From assembly GCA_001661245.1 (NCBI GenBank), contig KV454011.1:523498-587497 (forward strand): a DNA stretch of 64,000 nucleotides, in the 5' to 3' direction. Of the stretch, positions 1 through 12,018 are shown piece by piece. This DNA comes from Pachysolen tannophilus NRRL Y-2460. Its lineage: Eukaryota. Positions within the stretch are counted from its first letter, which is position 1. Every line of letters begins with the position of its first letter. Position numbers and translations under genes: made by a program. The notes beneath the pieces are model-generated. The model searched no databases. It saw nothing but the letters and a program-made list of their open reading frames with translations, and was not told where the DNA came from.

Positions 1-55
1 ATCAAAGTTACTTCAAATTTCAATAAGTGATTATGATTTACAAAAATCTATAAAT

Positions 56-2257
56 ATGGCCACTCAAGTATTGCAATGTGGTAATTTTCTCAATAGTGAG
101 GCTAGGATTGATATTGGTAAAACTGATTTTTTTAACTCAAAAATGAAACCTCTGGAAGGTGATGATTTAATTAAAAAATACCCTATAATTCAATTTTTTG
201 CTAATATACTTGATGAACCTATACCGAAAGTTTTACAATTACTTTCTGAAATGTCTCCATCTCAGTTGATTGAAAAAAAAATTAATGTTAATAATAGTAC
301 AACAATAGAACTTACAAATATAAATCATTCAAATGATTTTTTTTTGAAAAAAAAAATATTATCCAAATATACATTTATAAATAATTTAAATAATGGGAAA
401 AATTTTTTAAACAAATTATATGATTTAGTAGATGGAAATGAAGGTTTCTTGATTGTTATTACAAGTTTATGGCTATGTCGTTCTCTATTCAATACTTTCC
501 CACAAACTAGTGAAGAAATAAGTGAAAGGAATAATGAAGAACAAGTTTTTTCAAATTCAACAAAAAAAATGGATAATTCAGAATCTGGAAAAATCAAAAA
601 CGTTAAATCCAACGAAATTGCAGAACTTTCCAACAAATCGTATTCTCCCACAATTTCTAAATTGTCTGAAATGTTTTCACACCTTTCACTAAGTAAAATC
701 CGTGAAACTGTACAAGAAGTTAATGGAGACTTGGATAAAGCTGTAGATTTACTTTTAAACGAAGATGCTGTCAGATTTGCTCAAAACACAAAGCAAAGCT
801 CTCTGCTTCCAGAGACTACTGGTGTGGTATCAGAAAATTTGTGCGACTATGATTTTTCCAATGAAAACGTTCAAGACCCAACAATGTTTAAAGAGAATTT
901 TGTATTTTTAAAAGAAATGTTCCCTAATATACCTCTGAGAGATATTGGTGATACTTTGGTAAAAACTGGAAACAATACCGTTTCATCAATTGAAATATTA
1001 TTAAATTATAAAAATTTTAAAAGGGAAATTTCTAATTACGATTCACAACAGATGATAAAATTGTCATTAAAGAATTCTTCAACTACAACTTCTACGAAAA
1101 CATGGGCTAAAATAGATGAAGAAGCAAAACAAGTTGTATCATTAACTGGAATTCCATTTGAAATAGCTAAAAGGTATTACCATGAAAATGACACCAATAT
1201 TATAAAAACTATTATTTCAATAATTGAAACCTATAAATCAGTTGAAGTTGAAGATGAAGCTAATGATATACAGCTGTTGAAAGCTGGAGGGAAGGTAAAA
1301 GGCCGAGTTCAAAGAGAAGTTCCACGAATGAGCTCCAAAATGTTTAAATTCGAAAATTTTCTGCTGCCACTGCTGCCACTGCCACTACTGCTGCTGCTGC
1401 TGCTGTCGCCCTTGTTACAGAAAAAGAAACATATCTATAAATATGATCCTGAAAGTAATGAATCCCAGGTATTGGGTCTTTCGAAACACGAAAATCCTAT
1501 ATTATTCACTGTTTCTGATAAGTTTTACGAAAGAGCAATGGAATTTTTCAATGGCAATATAAAGAAAGTTATTTCCGTTGCTACATTAATTTGTGAACAA
1601 AATTGTCAAGAATTAACTTTTGAAAGCCAAAGAGTTGGGAATACGGGAAAAAATGAAAATTCTATGAACTTTAATAATGCAGAAATTGAAAAAGAAAATA
1701 ACTTTACAAAACAAGAAAAGTCGGAGCCCAGTATAAACAATAATTCAAATACCAATTTGGATATCAACCCAATTTTAACAGCCGATAATTATTTTGCTAG
1801 AGCTCAGAATTATACTCAAATGGCAAGATCTTCACAATCGTCTGCAATCAAACATCATTATAATCAATTGGCTGCAGAAAATAAAAAAAAAGGCATAGAA
1901 TGTAAAAATTCTGAGCAAGGAGGACTACAAGAAGAACGATTACTTATTGCTAAACAAACATCGACTTTAGATTTGCATGGCTTGAGTGTTGAAGTTGCAT
2001 TGAAAACATTGCGCAAAGGCTTACAGGAATGGTGGGATGATGAATTGAAAGAAAGAGAACTCAATCATGGTAAGATGAATTATAGTAGCCTTAAGGCTTT
2101 CGCTATAGGACCCATGCGTATTATTACAGGTAAAGGAATTCATAGTAGAAATGGAGTCAGTCAGATTAAAAAACAAGTCAAATTATACTTACAACAGCAT
2201 AACTATATTTTTGATGATCAATCATCTGGCTACATTGTTGAAGGTAAACGCCATTGA
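56..2257 (+). CDS. CUE2: CUE-domain / Smr-domain endonuclease (Cue2-like, No-Go decay)
   Basis: Two CUE motifs (LSEMFSHLS...DLDKAVDLLL; LKEMFPNI...SIEILL) and a C-terminal Smr domain (LDLHGLSV...IITGKGIHS). True start uncertain. Contains a CTG tract at 1361-1405. Confidence 0.85.
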   Translation: MATQVLQCGNFLNSEARIDIGKTDFFNSKMKPLEGDDLIKKYPIIQFFANILDEPIPKVLQLLSEMSPSQLIEKKINVNNSTTIELTNINHSNDFFLKKKILSKYTFINNLNNGKNFLNKLYDLVDGNEGFLIVITSLWLCRSLFNTFPQTSEEISERNNEEQVFSNSTKKMDNSESGKIKNVKSNEIAELSNKSYSPTISKLSEMFSHLSLSKIRETVQEVNGDLDKAVDLLLNEDAVRFAQNTKQSSLLPETTGVVSENLCDYDFSNENVQDPTMFKENFVFLKEMFPNIPLRDIGDTLVKTGNNTVSSIEILLNYKNFKREISNYDSQQMIKLSLKNSSTTTSTKTWAKIDEEAKQVVSLTGIPFEIAKRYYHENDTNIIKTIISIIETYKSVEVEDEANDIQLLKAGGKVKGRVQREVPRMSSKMFKFENFLLPLLPLPLLLLLLLSPLLQKKKHIYKYDPESNESQVLGLSKHENPILFTVSDKFYERAMEFFNGNIKKVISVATLICEQNCQELTFESQRVGNTGKNENSMNFNNAEIEKENNFTKQEKSEPSINNNSNTNLDINPILTADNYFARAQNYTQMARSSQSSAIKHHYNQLAAENKKKGIECKNSEQGGLQEERLLIAKQTSTLDLHGLSVEVALKTLRKGLQEWWDDELKERELNHGKMNYSSLKAFAIGPMRIITGKGIHSRNGVSQIKKQVKLYLQQHNYIFDDQSSGYIVEGKRH

Positions 2258-2262
2258 CAAAT

Positions 2263-2335
2263 TCTACTGTTGCCGCTGCCGCTACCGTTGCTACTACTGC
2301 TGCTGCTGCTATTACTGCTATTACTGCTATTACCG
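2263..2335. repeat. Degenerate GCT/ACT trinucleotide microsatellite just after the CUE2 stop
   Basis: ...gccgctgccgctaccgttgctactactgctgctgctgctattactgctattactgct... Confidence 0.8.
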
Positions 2336-2530
2336 ATAGATTTCCTCTTTTGGATGTTTGATATTCTGCACTACTTTTTGGTTTTTTTTTTTTTTTTTTT
2401 TTTTTTGGTTTTTTTTTCGGTGGGAATTTTTCAAAAGTTTTCATTTTTTTTCATTTTGTATGTTATCAAGTTGTATAATTAATTAATATATTCCAAGAAT
2501 CAAGTCAAGTGTAATAATATAGGCGAGTGA

Positions 2531-3064
2531 ATGGTAATTATGTTTTCCACAAGGCCGATTAAAGATGTATCTGTGAGATCTCAGGTAGTAAATTTTATTA
2601 GAAATTATGCTGGTAAGCCATCATTACTGCAAGGAGCAGTTATTCCAAGAAGACCATTAAAGAAAATTCAAATAGGTAAAGCTAGACCTGCAATTTATCA
2701 TAAATTTAACTGTATGGTTGAGCTTTCCGATGGCTCTGTTTTCATTCGTCGTTCTCAATTTCCAAAAGTTGAAATGAGAATGATTACAGATCAGAGAAAT
2801 AATGTGATATGGAATGAAAGTAGATCAGATTTGGTTGTTGCAGATGCAGGAGCTAGAGGTAGATTGAACAGATTTAAAGAAAAATATGCCGATTTTGCTG
2901 ATGAATCCAAAGAAGAAAAATCAGAAAAGAAACTGTCTGCAGATGTAAAGCCAAAAGAAGATGAAGAGAAGGTGGATGATTATCTTGATTTATTGGGTGC
3001 AGGCCACGTTGAAAGCAAGTTGGGTGGTAACATTGCTGGTAAAAATAAAAGCAGAAAGAAGTGA
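2531..3064 (+). CDS. MRPL36: Mitochondrial ribosomal protein bL31m
   Basis: [21 protein letters not shown]...ELSDGSV..RRSQFPK...DQRNN matches recalled Mrpl36; adjacent to TFC1 as in S. cerevisiae. Confidence 0.92.
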   Translation: MVIMFSTRPIKDVSVRSQVVNFIRNYAGKPSLLQGAVIPRRPLKKIQIGKARPAIYHKFNCMVELSDGSVFIRRSQFPKVEMRMITDQRNNVIWNESRSDLVVADAGARGRLNRFKEKYADFADESKEEKSEKKLSADVKPKEDEEKVDDYLDLLGAGHVESKLGGNIAGKNKSRKK

Positions 3065-3334
3065 AGCCCATCCGCTACATAAAATCATCACCACCATTCT
3101 CTTCTTGTATATATATATAGATAGATAATTAACAAATATTTCAAATTATTTGAAACGAAACTCGTCAAATAACGAGTAGTGTTTGAACTGACAAAAACAG
3201 TAAAAGAAACCTTTTAATTTAAGTAAACAAGAAGATGAAGTTAAAGAAGAAGAAGATAAAACTATATATATATATATATAAATATAATGGGTTCTTGGTT
3301 GTTTCTATCTTGTATGTGAAATTATTCATCTGTT

Positions 3335-5035
3335 ATGAAAATGCCTAAGCAACATCAGAAGGATAATAGGAAATTGGCCAAGACGTATTCATTGGATATA
3401 CCACATTATTCTTCGGTTGAATTTCCATTAAATGTTGTCAATAATGATAAGGCTGTTGAATTAATTGGTGGTAAATCAAAGATTAATAAATCAATTGTGG
3501 AAGATAATATTCCATTGGAGCTAAGGTTGAGGCCAGATGATGCGTATCAACATCCAATCAATTCTTCGCTTGCGACAAATGAAAATTTATTGGTTAAAAT
3601 CAAATTACCCAAGGGCGAATTAAATAAATACAATAATGATATTTCAAAAGCTATAATGAATAATAAAAATAATTTTGAATTAGAACCTGTTGGTTTAGTT
3701 AATAAAAATTTTAAATTTAGAGGAATTGCTGATTTTCAAATATATACCAAAAGCTCGGAATTTATATCAAATGATTTAAATAAAATCTTGTCCAGTTATG
3801 ATTTCCATGATGTGGTGGATTTTACAGATTCATTGGTTACAGAAGGTAAAAATAAGAAAATTGATGCTAAATCAAATTTAGACTTACCTCCTTTACCAGT
3901 ATATGCAAAAGTTAATGTTCCATTCCATTATAATTATAATTCAAATAAATCATCATCAACAGTAATGCAAGAGAATGGTAGAATTAAATTAATAAATAAA
4001 AAAGTACCTTCCAAAATTTATTCCATTTTTGTTAATATTGATGATCCAACACCTACTTCACCTATTCCAAATTTAGTTTCACAACTAAGAGAAATGGAAA
4101 AAATTGTTAAAGATCAATTTGAAAACCCTACAATAAAAAATTTTTATATCAAAAATACTTTTAATTATCAATTGATTGAATGCATAAAATTTGTTAGAAA
4201 ATTATTCGATATTAAACCAATTTGGATTAGAAAACATTTGAATTATTTAATACCAGAAAATTGGAGAAACGTTACCAAATATGCTTTACCTCATGTCTCA
4301 TATTCTATGAAAAAGGGACCTTGGAGACAAACTTACATAAAGTACGGTGTTGATCCTAAAAGTAATTCCATGTATTTAAGTTATCAAACAGAAAATTTTA
4401 GAGTACAAAAAGATTCAAATGATAATAATATTGAGTCGAAATCTATGATTGCGTATTTAGAAAGTGCAGATGATATCGAGGTAAATGAAAGTTTCTTATC
4501 TAAAATACCAGACGAATATTTTTTTGATGGTCAAATTTCACCAGTAATGATGACATTTCAAATTGGAGATATTAGAGATCCATTAATAAAAAAAATATTA
4601 CAAAACGTAGAACCTAATACAAAAGTTGACGTTAATAATGGGTGGTTGGATTCAATAACTCTTGGGAAAATAAGAACGATAATAAGGTATAAATTACTTC
4701 AGTTGAATTCGAATAGACCAATAGATCAATCGAAACTCACATCATTGATAGATAATGTTAAAGCTGAAGAAGTTGACAATAACGAATCGATTGAAGCTAA
4801 CAACAATAATGATGATGCTGATGGTAATGTTGATGAAGAAGAAGAAGCTGAAGAAGACGATCAACAAGAAGAGTTTACAAGTCCTTTCAAAAAAGCGGAT
4901 GTAGACAATAAGCTAGATGAAGATGATATTTTAAATAGATTGAGTAAATATCATGCTGCTGATATTTCTAACATTGTCGGCTTATTAAAACAAGAAGATT
5001 TGATGGACATTAATCTGGGAGTTTCTACTATTTGA
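3335..5035 (+). CDS. TFC1: TFIIIC tau95 subunit
   Basis: SVEFPLNV, LELRLRPDD.YQHPI, FRGIADFQ, KPIW.RK, KGPWR..YIKYGVDP motifs and an acidic C-terminal tract. Confidence 0.9.
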   Translation: MKMPKQHQKDNRKLAKTYSLDIPHYSSVEFPLNVVNNDKAVELIGGKSKINKSIVEDNIPLELRLRPDDAYQHPINSSLATNENLLVKIKLPKGELNKYNNDISKAIMNNKNNFELEPVGLVNKNFKFRGIADFQIYTKSSEFISNDLNKILSSYDFHDVVDFTDSLVTEGKNKKIDAKSNLDLPPLPVYAKVNVPFHYNYNSNKSSSTVMQENGRIKLINKKVPSKIYSIFVNIDDPTPTSPIPNLVSQLREMEKIVKDQFENPTIKNFYIKNTFNYQLIECIKFVRKLFDIKPIWIRKHLNYLIPENWRNVTKYALPHVSYSMKKGPWRQTYIKYGVDPKSNSMYLSYQTENFRVQKDSNDNNIESKSMIAYLESADDIEVNESFLSKIPDEYFFDGQISPVMMTFQIGDIRDPLIKKILQNVEPNTKVDVNNGWLDSITLGKIRTIIRYKLLQLNSNRPIDQSKLTSLIDNVKAEEVDNNESIEANNNNDDADGNVDEEEEAEEDDQQEEFTSPFKKADVDNKLDEDDILNRLSKYHAADISNIVGLLKQEDLMDINLGVSTI

Positions 5036-5128
5036 GATATAAACACAATTATATTAATATTAGGTTTGTATAAAATTTTAACAAGTTTGGAAAAATTTAA
5101 AAAAAAAGCAAAGTTAATCAAGGAAAAA

Positions 5129-6060
5129 TCAAGCATCATGTAGTGAGTTATAATGTTCACCTAAAGCGTAAGAATATTTGTAGTAAACTAATTTCAATTC
5201 AGGGTTAGAACCTTCTTCATTAATTACCAAAGTAGACCGTCCAGCCATCATAACGCTAATAGGACAATCAAACACTTTAGCTAAAGCTAAAATTTCCATA
5301 TCACCACCCCATATAGCAGTAGTCTCCAAGTCCTTAGTATATGTATCAATATCTTTCATTGTCAATGTCTCCTCACTGAAAAGAAATGGAGCAAAAGTAT
5401 CACTATTCTGTCTAATATAATTGGCAGCACTTGTTCTCAAGTCTTGAATTGATTTATCAATATTGTGACGTATTTTTAATTGATCAGCTATCGATGCAAA
5501 CAAACAATGTCCATCAGGCTGTATATCAAATTGCTTCAACTTGTTCAATTCACAAAGTTTATCAATACTTGACAATTCTATTCCTTTCAAATCAACCTGG
5601 TCTTCAGCTTCCAATTCTGCTTGTTTTTTAGTCTCCTCAATTGCCGCATCACGGCGTGCTAACCTTTCCTTTTGCCTGTTTCTTTTTTCTTGGGTTGTTG
5701 TTGCTGGTGATCCTCCTTTGGCTCATCTTCTTTCAGTTCTTTTTGTTCTAATTCCAATTGAGCCAACAATTTCTCTGGAGTTAGCTCATCGTCATTTTCT
5801 ACCTTCTCCTCAGTTTTCCCATTTTCCTCATTTTTCTCAGTTTCCTTAATCTTTTCAGCATCTGGTGATTCTTTATTCAATTCCTTCAATTCCTTCAGCT
5901 GCTTTGCCTTCAAGTTTTCTTCCATTTCTTGACATTTCTTCATAACTTCTTTTTTTTTAGACTTTGTTGCTTGCTTCTTCATACCAGTTATAGTGGCAAT
6001 CAAGTCTCTATTTTCCTTTCTATGCCTAATTAAAATCTGCTCTTCAGTTTCTCGATCCAT
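5129..6060 (-). CDS. OTU2: OTU-family deubiquitinase (about 310 aa), split by one frameshift at 5683-5688
   Basis: N-part RHRKE.RDL.A.ITGMKKQATK and C-part with catalytic IQPDGHCLF and GEHYNS. Adding one A to an A6 run joins them through KKRNRQKERLARR. Confidence 0.9.
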
Positions 6061-6205
6061 TTTTGTATTCTTTTTCTCAGTAAGTCTTCTTCAATGCTCA
6101 AACAGCTTGTTTTCGACTATTCTTTTATACTACAACATAATAATTTTAGTTTTTTTTTTTTATTTTTTTTTTTTTTCATCTGTTTTATTTTATGTTTTTT
6201 TTTTT

Positions 6206-6611
6206 NNNNNNNNNNNNNNNNNNNNNNNNNNNNNNNNNNNNNNNNNNNNNNNNNNNNNNNNNNNNNNNNNNNNNNNNNNNNNNNNNNNNNNNNNNNNNNN
6301 NNNNNNNNNNNNNNNNNNNNNNNNNNNNNNNNNNNNNNNNNNNNNNNNNNNNNNNNNNNNNNNNNNNNNNNNNNNNNNNNNNNNNNNNNNNNNNNNNNNN
6401 NNNNNNNNNNNNNNNNNNNNNNNNNNNNNNNNNNNNNNNNNNNNNNNNNNNNNNNNNNNNNNNNNNNNNNNNNNNNNNNNNNNNNNNNNNNNNNNNNNNN
6501 NNNNNNNNNNNNNNNNNNNNNNNNNNNNNNNNNNNNNNNNNNNNNNNNNNNNNNNNNNNNNNNNNNNNNNNNNNNNNNNNNNNNNNNNNNNNNNNNNNNN
6601 NNNNNNNNNNN
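6206..6611. other. Assembly gap (N run)
   Basis: Ns flanked by poly-T tracts. Confidence 1.
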
Positions 6612-6724
6612 NTTTAATTTTTTAGTTTTTTTATTTTTTTTATTTTTTTTTTTTTCTTATCTTGTTTTATTTTATTGTTTTTTTTTTTTTTTTTTTTGGT
6701 TTAAATTTTCAAGTGAACAAGTTG

Positions 6725-8038
6725 ATGAAATTTATTGAAAACAGAGTAGAAATGATACAGTCTGTGATAAGGAAAACAAGTTACTATCAGCCAAGGGCAA
6801 TAAAGGCGTTTTACTCATCAGTAAAAGTAGATGATAATGTTATAAAAAAATATTTGGGAAGACCTTCGAACAATTTAACTAGCGGTATAGTCGGTATGGC
6901 CAATGTTGGTAAATCTACATTTTTTCAAGCAATAACCAAATCAGAATTGGGGAATCCTGCTAATTATCCCTTTGCTACCATAACACCAGAAGAGGCTAGG
7001 GTGATTGTTCCTTCTGATAAATTGGATCATTTGTATCAATTATTCCAATCTGAAAATAAGATACCTGCAAATTTGAAAATTTTCGATATAGCAGGTTTAG
7101 TTAGAGGTGCTTCTAATGGTTCTGGTTTAGGAAATCAATTTTTGAATGATATTAGACAAGTTGATGGAATTTTTCAAGTGGTGAGAGCATTTATAGATGA
7201 TGAAATTACTCATGTTGAAGGGAAAGTTGATCCAGTTAGAGATTTAACTGTTATAATTGATGAATTATTATTAAAAGACATGGAATTTGTTGAAAACTCT
7301 TTAGAAAAATTGCAAAAAGAGTTGAAAAACAAGAATAGGAAACAACCCGGTGATTTAATGAATTTGGAGTTGGAAATTAAAACATTAGAAAAGTGTTATG
7401 AATGGTTAATGGAAGGGAAAAGAATTGCAAATTATGAAAATTGGAGTAATGAAGAGATTGAAATTTTAAATACACACAATTTATTAACAGCGAAACCTTG
7501 TGTTTATCTTATAAATTGCAATGAAAAGGATTATGCCTCAAAAACAAATCAATTTATTCCTGAAATTAAACAATGGATATCTGAAAATTCTCCAAACTCA
7601 CCTTTCATAATTTTTTCTGCTGCTTTTGAAACACAATTTAATAAACTTTCTTCTGATAAGAAAGAGTTATCACAATATTTGAATGCATTAAACGTTGAAG
7701 AATCAGCCTTGCCTAAGATAATTTCTGCAATGAGAGATTCTTTAAATTTAATAAGTTTTTATACTTGTGGTGATGTTGAAGCAAGACAATGGACAATAAG
7801 AAAAGGTATTAAAGCTATAGATGCAGCTGGGGTCATCCATTCAGATTTACAAAACACTTTTATAAACGCACAGATTATGAAATTTTGTGACTTGATAAAT
7901 TTATCTCTGCCCTTTGATGAAAAATTGATAAAATCTCAGGGGAAGCAACTAAAAGTCGGTAAAAACTATATTATAGAAGATGGAGATGTGGTATTCTTCA
8001 ATGCTGCTGCTGCCAAGTCAAAAAAAGTAAAACGATAA
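6725..8038 (+). CDS. YLF2: Mitochondrial Obg-like ATPase (YchF/Ola1 family)
   Basis: GIVGMANVGKST, NYPFATI, DIAGLVRGAS, TGS-like tail; N-terminal presequence-like extension; neighbour of OTU2. Start is ATG 6725 or 6752. Confidence 0.88.
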   Translation: MKFIENRVEMIQSVIRKTSYYQPRAIKAFYSSVKVDDNVIKKYLGRPSNNLTSGIVGMANVGKSTFFQAITKSELGNPANYPFATITPEEARVIVPSDKLDHLYQLFQSENKIPANLKIFDIAGLVRGASNGSGLGNQFLNDIRQVDGIFQVVRAFIDDEITHVEGKVDPVRDLTVIIDELLLKDMEFVENSLEKLQKELKNKNRKQPGDLMNLELEIKTLEKCYEWLMEGKRIANYENWSNEEIEILNTHNLLTAKPCVYLINCNEKDYASKTNQFIPEIKQWISENSPNSPFIIFSAAFETQFNKLSSDKKELSQYLNALNVEESALPKIISAMRDSLNLISFYTCGDVEARQWTIRKGIKAIDAAGVIHSDLQNTFINAQIMKFCDLINLSLPFDEKLIKSQGKQLKVGKNYIIEDGDVVFFNAAAAKSKKVKR

Positions 8039-8602
8039 AAAATTTAAAAAATTTAAAAAGAAATAAAATAAAATATAGAATCCTTGTATAAATCCCCTTC
8101 TCTTGTCCTACCGCTTACTATTGTTTATTATTATAGCATACAGATGAAACTGTTTTAAATAATTGTATAAATGTTAAAAATTATATCAATTCTCTTAAGA
8201 AGAGTAACTTTAAGCTTTTATAAACGTCGCCTCGGTTACCACTGTCATATGACTTGCTACTTAGTGACAAGTACTATATATTAGATGCACTCTAATGCAA
8301 GTGATACATGAGTTTATGCCAGATTGTGCTGTGCATGTTAAGAAAAAGAGTTCTGCATATAATTTTAGTTTTTTTAACTTCAAACGGAAGTTTATGGAGA
8401 AGAAAAAAGATTAACTTAAAAAAAAAAAAAAAAAATTGATGTAAAAATTTACACGTAAATAGATAAAAAAGAAAAAATTTATTCTTTAATACCGTAAAAT
8501 CAATAATAGATTTTAAAATTATGATTCTATTATTTCTTTGTATTTTTGATTCTTGCTATGGAGAAAACTTGTAACAGGATAAACTTTAAAAAAAAAAAAA
8601 AA

Positions 8603-9155
8603 NNNNNNNNNNNNNNNNNNNNNNNNNNNNNNNNNNNNNNNNNNNNNNNNNNNNNNNNNNNNNNNNNNNNNNNNNNNNNNNNNNNNNNNNNNNNNNNNNN
8701 NNNNNNNNNNNNNNNNNNNNNNNNNNNNNNNNNNNNNNNNNNNNNNNNNNNNNNNNNNNNNNNNNNNNNNNNNNNNNNNNNNNNNNNNNNNNNNNNNNNN
8801 NNNNNNNNNNNNNNNNNNNNNNNNNNNNNNNNNNNNNNNNNNNNNNNNNNNNNNNNNNNNNNNNNNNNNNNNNNNNNNNNNNNNNNNNNNNNNNNNNNNN
8901 NNNNNNNNNNNNNNNNNNNNNNNNNNNNNNNNNNNNNNNNNNNNNNNNNNNNNNNNNNNNNNNNNNNNNNNNNNNNNNNNNNNNNNNNNNNNNNNNNNNN
9001 NNNNNNNNNNNNNNNNNNNNNNNNNNNNNNNNNNNNNNNNNNNNNNNNNNNNNNNNNNNNNNNNNNNNNNNNNNNNNNNNNNNNNNNNNNNNNNNNNNNN
9101 NNNNNNNNNNNNNNNNNNNNNNNNNNNNNNNNNNNNNNNNNNNNNNNNNNNNNNN
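8603..9155. other. Assembly gap (N run)
   Basis: Ns flanked by poly-A tracts. Confidence 1.
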
Positions 9156-10208
9156 AAAAAAAAAAAAAAAAAAAACACTTAAATCGATCAATTGTTTAAT
9201 ACCTCAAATATACAATTCAAGAATATTGTGTAAACACAAGAGATTTTGATTAAATTGGAGGATTTTATATGAATGATAATATAAACTATATAGATGGTTT
9301 AATAACACTTTTTTTTTAAAAAAAAATTTGGGGTTATAGTTTTTATTCCTGCGATATGTATAACAATAAACTTGCATCATTTGGTATCTATCAATATATG
9401 TGGGTCATTACAAGTGAGGAGAGTTGTTATGTTTCTTAGAATTGAGGTTGTAATCGAATAATAATAATAATAATAATAATAAAAATAAAAAAAAAAAAAA
9501 AGATTATCGGTTATTGATGTGAATTTAGGTACGTAATTAGCGACTTGTAAATAAAACATTACAAAGTAGAGCCCATTTCATACATAGTAAATACATTGAT
9601 TTAACACATATCACTGCACGGAGGTGATTCACACGCCAATCTCAATTCGAAAATATGATTCTAGATTGATAATTCAATTCTAACGAATCAAATAAAAAGC
9701 AAAAAAATAAAAAATAAAAAAAGAAAATTGAAAAAGCGTCTTTTTGTAAAGTAATAATGATTTCTGTTTTGTTCAAACGTGGATAAAATATAAATTGAAA
9801 TCTTGTTTAAAAAGAGCCGTTTACTGAATGAAAAAAAAAAATTTTTTTTTTCTTTTTCTCTTCTGGATTTGCTTTCTGTATATCACTTTCTATATTACAA
9901 AACCAATTTAATGGCATGAATAACCTGACGAAGACTTTATACCATGCATATCTTTGCTATTCGATAGCTGCCATTATACATGGTGATGCGTGGTAAATGT
10001 TACTAAATGTTTTTCCAACTAACAATCAATAGATAATTCTCAATAGGCGAAAATGAAAAATTCAACATTTAAATGTTATATTCGCGGCGAAATAATGTAT
10101 GTACTTTTGAAAACATTTCTAATTGAATAAAATGTGATCTAGTATTATAAATCTGTACCAAATCCTGATTTGAGAGATTTGCAGTGTACGCCAATGCTTT
10201 TTTGTAAT

Positions 10209-10225
10209 TTTCCTATTTCGGTAAA
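10209..10225. promoter_or_regulatory. Mcm1/ECB-like site
   Basis: TTTCC-TATTTC-GGTAAA fits the CC-N6-GG MADS-box site; lies upstream of the CLN3-like gene. Confidence 0.55.
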
Positions 10226-11667
10226 CGGTGAGCAAAAGAATAAAGTTCACGTTTTTTTATTTGATTTTTTTATTACTATTATGATCTTAATCTATGTATG
10301 GGTGGGTGGTGAGTGAAAAGTTTTTCCTGTAATTTTTCTCGTTACCATATCTCTTTATCAAAGCAGAAAGTAAAGTATGGTAAATGCTGACAAAATTTTC
10401 ATTATGCGTTTTGCACCTTACTTCTTTTCCGAGGAGCTCTGAGGCTTATAATATCGAGTTCAATCTTAAACAATAGGACAGACAATATACTAAAAGTTAT
10501 ATATGATGAAAATTGATCATAGTAATAAAATTTTTTTTTTTTTTGAATCAACTGCTTAGGTTCAAATTGTATTTTTTTTTTTTTCTTTAAAAAATAATTG
10601 TATAAATTGTTCAGTCTTACAATTACCTAATTGAACATGCAACGTTGTGAGCAGAATATACAACGTGAGAATTTTTATAAAAGTAAGGAAAAGGGCAAAA
10701 ATCATTTGCTTTTCAGCACGTATCTCTACATATCAAGAGATCACAAATAAAAAATAAAAAAAAATGATAGTAATTGTATTTCCAAATAAAAATATATTAT
10801 AAAAAAAAAAAGCGTTGAATAAGTAAATCGGTATTTATTCTAGACTAAGCATCTAAGTGAAAAATTTCCTGAAAATCTTAAACAGAACCCTATGATTCAC
10901 ATTGACAATCAATTGATGCCTAATGTTCAGAGACAAAAATTAAAATTACGAGAAAAAATTAATCAAGACCCAATTAAATAATCTATACAGTTTAGTTTTT
11001 AAATTCAAGAATCATTAATCATTATTTTTCAAAAATCAAAAATCAAAAATTAAAAAGAAATGATCTGCACATAAATTTTGCAAGAGCAATATGAATAAAA
11101 AAATCTTGTCTTTTGTATATATACACTGTCTTCAGCTCGAATTAGCCGCACCGCATTCATTTGTCCTTCATATTATTTGAATAATCAAATATCCTTGAAA
11201 CTTGACTTTGTTCAATAATAATGCTTAATTATAAACCGTTAACTACGAACCTGGTTGTCGCGCATTGCACACTTGAAAAAAAAATAAAATTTACAGGGAC
11301 AAATGCCAAATATAATAAGAATTTTTCACCAAACAATACCAAGGCTCGACAACTGTTTTAAATTCGAAAACAAAATTCAATCTAATTCAATTAAGACGAA
11401 ATCTTTTTTAGTTCTAAAATGACAGGTACATTTTTTTTCTTTTTTTCGGCTTACCAAATATGGGTAGTCCGGTATTGAAAAGTTATGGCGTTATATGATC
11501 TATAAAAATTAAGAAAACTTTTTGTCAAGCTAATGATTGAAAAGTTTTAGGCCTCGAAAAGAATACATAATTAGGCTTTGCAAAAATTCATAGTAACAGG
11601 ATTTATAACCCAAGAAACACACGGCTTGATGTTTTTTTTTTCTGAATTCTATTGTTTGGAAAAAAAA

Positions 11668-11706
<39 letters not shown>

Positions 11707-11721
11707 GAAAAAAAAACCCCA

Positions 11722-12018
11722 NNNNNNNNNNNNNNNNNNNNNNNNNNNNNNNNNNNNNNNNNNNNNNNNNNNNNNNNNNNNNNNNNNNNNNNNNNNNNNN
11801 NNNNNNNNNNNNNNNNNNNNNNNNNNNNNNNNNNNNNNNNNNNNNNNNNNNNNNNNNNNNNNNNNNNNNNNNNNNNNNNNNNNNNNNNNNNNNNNNNNNN
11901 NNNNNNNNNNNNNNNNNNNNNNNNNNNNNNNNNNNNNNNNNNNNNNNNNNNNNNNNNNNNNNNNNNNNNNNNNNNNNNNNNNNNNNNNNNNNNNNNNNNN
12001 NNNNNNNNNNNNNNNNNA
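11722..12018. other. Assembly gap (N run)
   Basis: Ns preceded by a long poly-A tract. Confidence 1.

Noticed and set aside
2151..2482. Short poly-Leu/Cys/Ala ORFs after CUE2
   Set aside because: They are translations of a trinucleotide microsatellite and poly-T.
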